DNA of 64,000 nt from positions 124,001 through 188,000 of the IMG/VR virus record IMGVR_UViG_3300032331_003609; one strand, 5' to 3'. Positions 62,761 to 64,000 of this stretch are shown one piece after another (the stretch's first letter is position 1; each line of letters opens with the position of its first letter). Under the pieces are notes generated by a model that worked only from the letters and a program-made list of their open reading frames with translations, did not search any database and had not been told where the DNA came from. The position numbers were made by a program, and so were the translations under genes.

Positions 62761-63338
62761 TATTTCTTTTTCTTTCTTAAGTTAGCTTTTGCCTGCTTGT
62801 AAAGTGCCTTATCTCCCATTTTAGATGTCTTACCCCCTGTAACAAACGAGTTAACCCTAGCCATTGCCCATTGTTGAGGATTAGTTCCTGGTATATGTCC
62901 TATTTTCCAAGCAGCATATCCTCTTTTCCACACTTTTTTTAAAATACCTAATGGGAATCTAGTTTTTTCGGATTTCTTTTTAAGTGCTTTATTTACTGGG
63001 CTAGAAACAGAATCTACACCCTCATTAAGATTGTCCAGGTTATGCTCCTCTTTTAGTTCATTAAAAACCTCCCAGGTTGCAATCTCTACTGCTTCATTGA
63101 ATCCTTCAAAACCTAATATTTTGCTGTTTTTATTTTCTCCAAACATTTTCTTGTATTTATTTGTGTATTGGCTAGTTTTTGTGCCAACTTTTTTACCTTT
63201 GCCTGCCTTTCCTGATTTATAATCTGCATCCCATTCAGTGTATGCTGAGGGATCATTATCAGCCTTATCCTTATTATCTTTAATCTCCCTTTTCATTATT
63301 CGGGGATTTTTGGTGAGATATTTCTTAGGTACTTTCAT
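62760..63338 (-). CDS. Basic virion-type protein with C-terminal domain resembling DUF5824-like proteins (true start MKVPKK at 63338)
   Basis: PLGILKKVWKRGYAAWKIGH.PG..PQQWAMARVNSF..GGKT; GATATATA 9 nt upstream. Confidence 0.7.
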   Translation of the reverse strand: MKVPKKYLTKNPRIMKREIKDNKDKADNDPSAYTEWDADYKSGKAGKGKKVGTKTSQYTNKYKKMFGENKNSKILGFEGFNEAVEIATWEVFNELKEEHNLDNLNEGVDSVSSPVNKALKKKSEKTRFPLGILKKVWKRGYAAWKIGHIPGTNPQQWAMARVNSFVTGGKTSKMGDKALYKQAKANLRKKKK

Positions 63339-63347
63339 AATTGTTTT

Positions 63348-63355
63348 TATATATC
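63348..63355 (-). promoter_or_regulatory. Late promoter GATATATA
   Basis: TATATATC on +, just upstream of the 63338 ATG. Confidence 0.6.
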
Positions 63356-63455
63356 CTGAAATAAATGCTTTTAATCTTCTATAATAAACTGGAAGAAAGA
63401 AAATAAAAGCCTTCATGGCCGCATGTTCAAAAAACTCAAGAAAATAATACAAATT

Positions 63456-64000
63456 ATGACAGATAAGGATATTTCCGAATTGAGGGAAGAATATTCCGTT
63501 TTTTCGTATCAGTGGATAAAAGGGGATAATATTTCACAAACCCAACATTTTGAAGATTTAATAGAGGAAGGTGGAAGAAAATACATCTTATTTTCGGATA
63601 AATCTAGAATAGCATTAGATCTATTAGATGAGTATATGATTAAGGTTGAAAGGGGGTTTGAAGAAATAATTCCAACATCCGATGTTAAGCTAGTATCCCA
63701 AACAGATCTTTCCCAAAACAAGGGGGTAAAAAAGAGGGATGCTCAGGAAATTAAAACCCAAGCCGTAGAAGGAAATCCTATTTTTGCTCTTTTATCAAAG
63801 CAAAAAGAAAACTGGGTAGATGTTGATCTAAAGCTCAGTATTAATCTGCCTCCTAGAAGTTTATGGGACGTTTTAATGGGTTCGTTTGATGAAGCGGAAA
63901 AGGATATTTTAGAGTACGTTACTAAAGACCTTGATATAGAGGTAGTCCGCCAATCTCTGAGGGAATCTATAAAGGATATATATAAAAAGCAAAAAACAAT
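63456..64000 (+). CDS. Hypothetical protein, 3'-truncated (absent from the ORF track)
   Basis: Manual translation MTDKDISELREEYSVFSYQWIKGDN...NPIFALLSKQK...LSINLPPRSLWDVL..., open to the window end; alternative ATG at 63423. Confidence 0.75.
   Translation, partial: MTDKDISELREEYSVFSYQWIKGDNISQTQHFEDLIEEGGRKYILFSDKSRIALDLLDEYMIKVERGFEEIIPTSDVKLVSQTDLSQNKGVKKRDAQEIKTQAVEGNPIFALLSKQKENWVDVDLKLSINLPPRSLWDVLMGSFDEAEKDILEYVTKDLDIEVVRQSLRESIKDIYKKQKT

Noticed and set aside
1-64000. Stop-codon reassignment (code 15 or 4) as seen in some huge phages
   Set aside because: Conserved genes are full length in code 11 and end at TAA, TAG and TGA; there is no systematic fragmentation.
1-64000. tRNA, rRNA, intron or intein, transposase
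   Set aside because: No cloverleaf, splicing motif, homing endonuclease or transposase signature was recognised by eye; tRNAscan/Infernal were not run.

Overview
A 64 kb segment of a large, AT-rich, T4-like (myovirus-type) jumbo or huge bacteriophage genome in the standard genetic code. The host is probably Bacteroidota: TAnnTTTG promoter boxes precede the non-structural operons, and leaders are A-rich without Shine-Dalgarno sites. The window holds (i) tail and baseplate genes (two tandem gp19-like tube paralogs, gp26- and gp51-like proteins) and fibre genes with Gly-Thr/Ser-Ser repeats, a beta-helix and LamG domains; (ii) a head module with a gp55-like late sigma, gp4, gp2, two tandem gp20 portal paralogs, a gp21 protease fused to a 15 x 14-aa repeat scaffold, and gp23 major capsid; (iii) replication and repair genes (ligase, gp44/gp62 clamp loader, RNase H/FEN, guanylate kinase, dCMP deaminase, a NEIL1-like glycosylase, an apparently inactive UvsE, nucleases) and an ECF sigma; (iv) about ten probable internal head proteins sharing a T4 capsid-targeting-like N-terminal peptide; (v) a kinase + AsnB pair, and a RimK-RimB-like fusion beside a poly-Glu protein; and (vi) a 12-gene glycosylation island with Gmd/Fcl. 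Three promoter classes can be read from the DNA: host-type TAnnTTTG, a probable ECF type GAAACTW-N15/16-TA, and a late GATATATA. There are two candidate programmed frameshifts (A-AAA-AAG at 19670; CTT-TGA at 2383). All family assignments come from motif recognition by eye; no database search was run.
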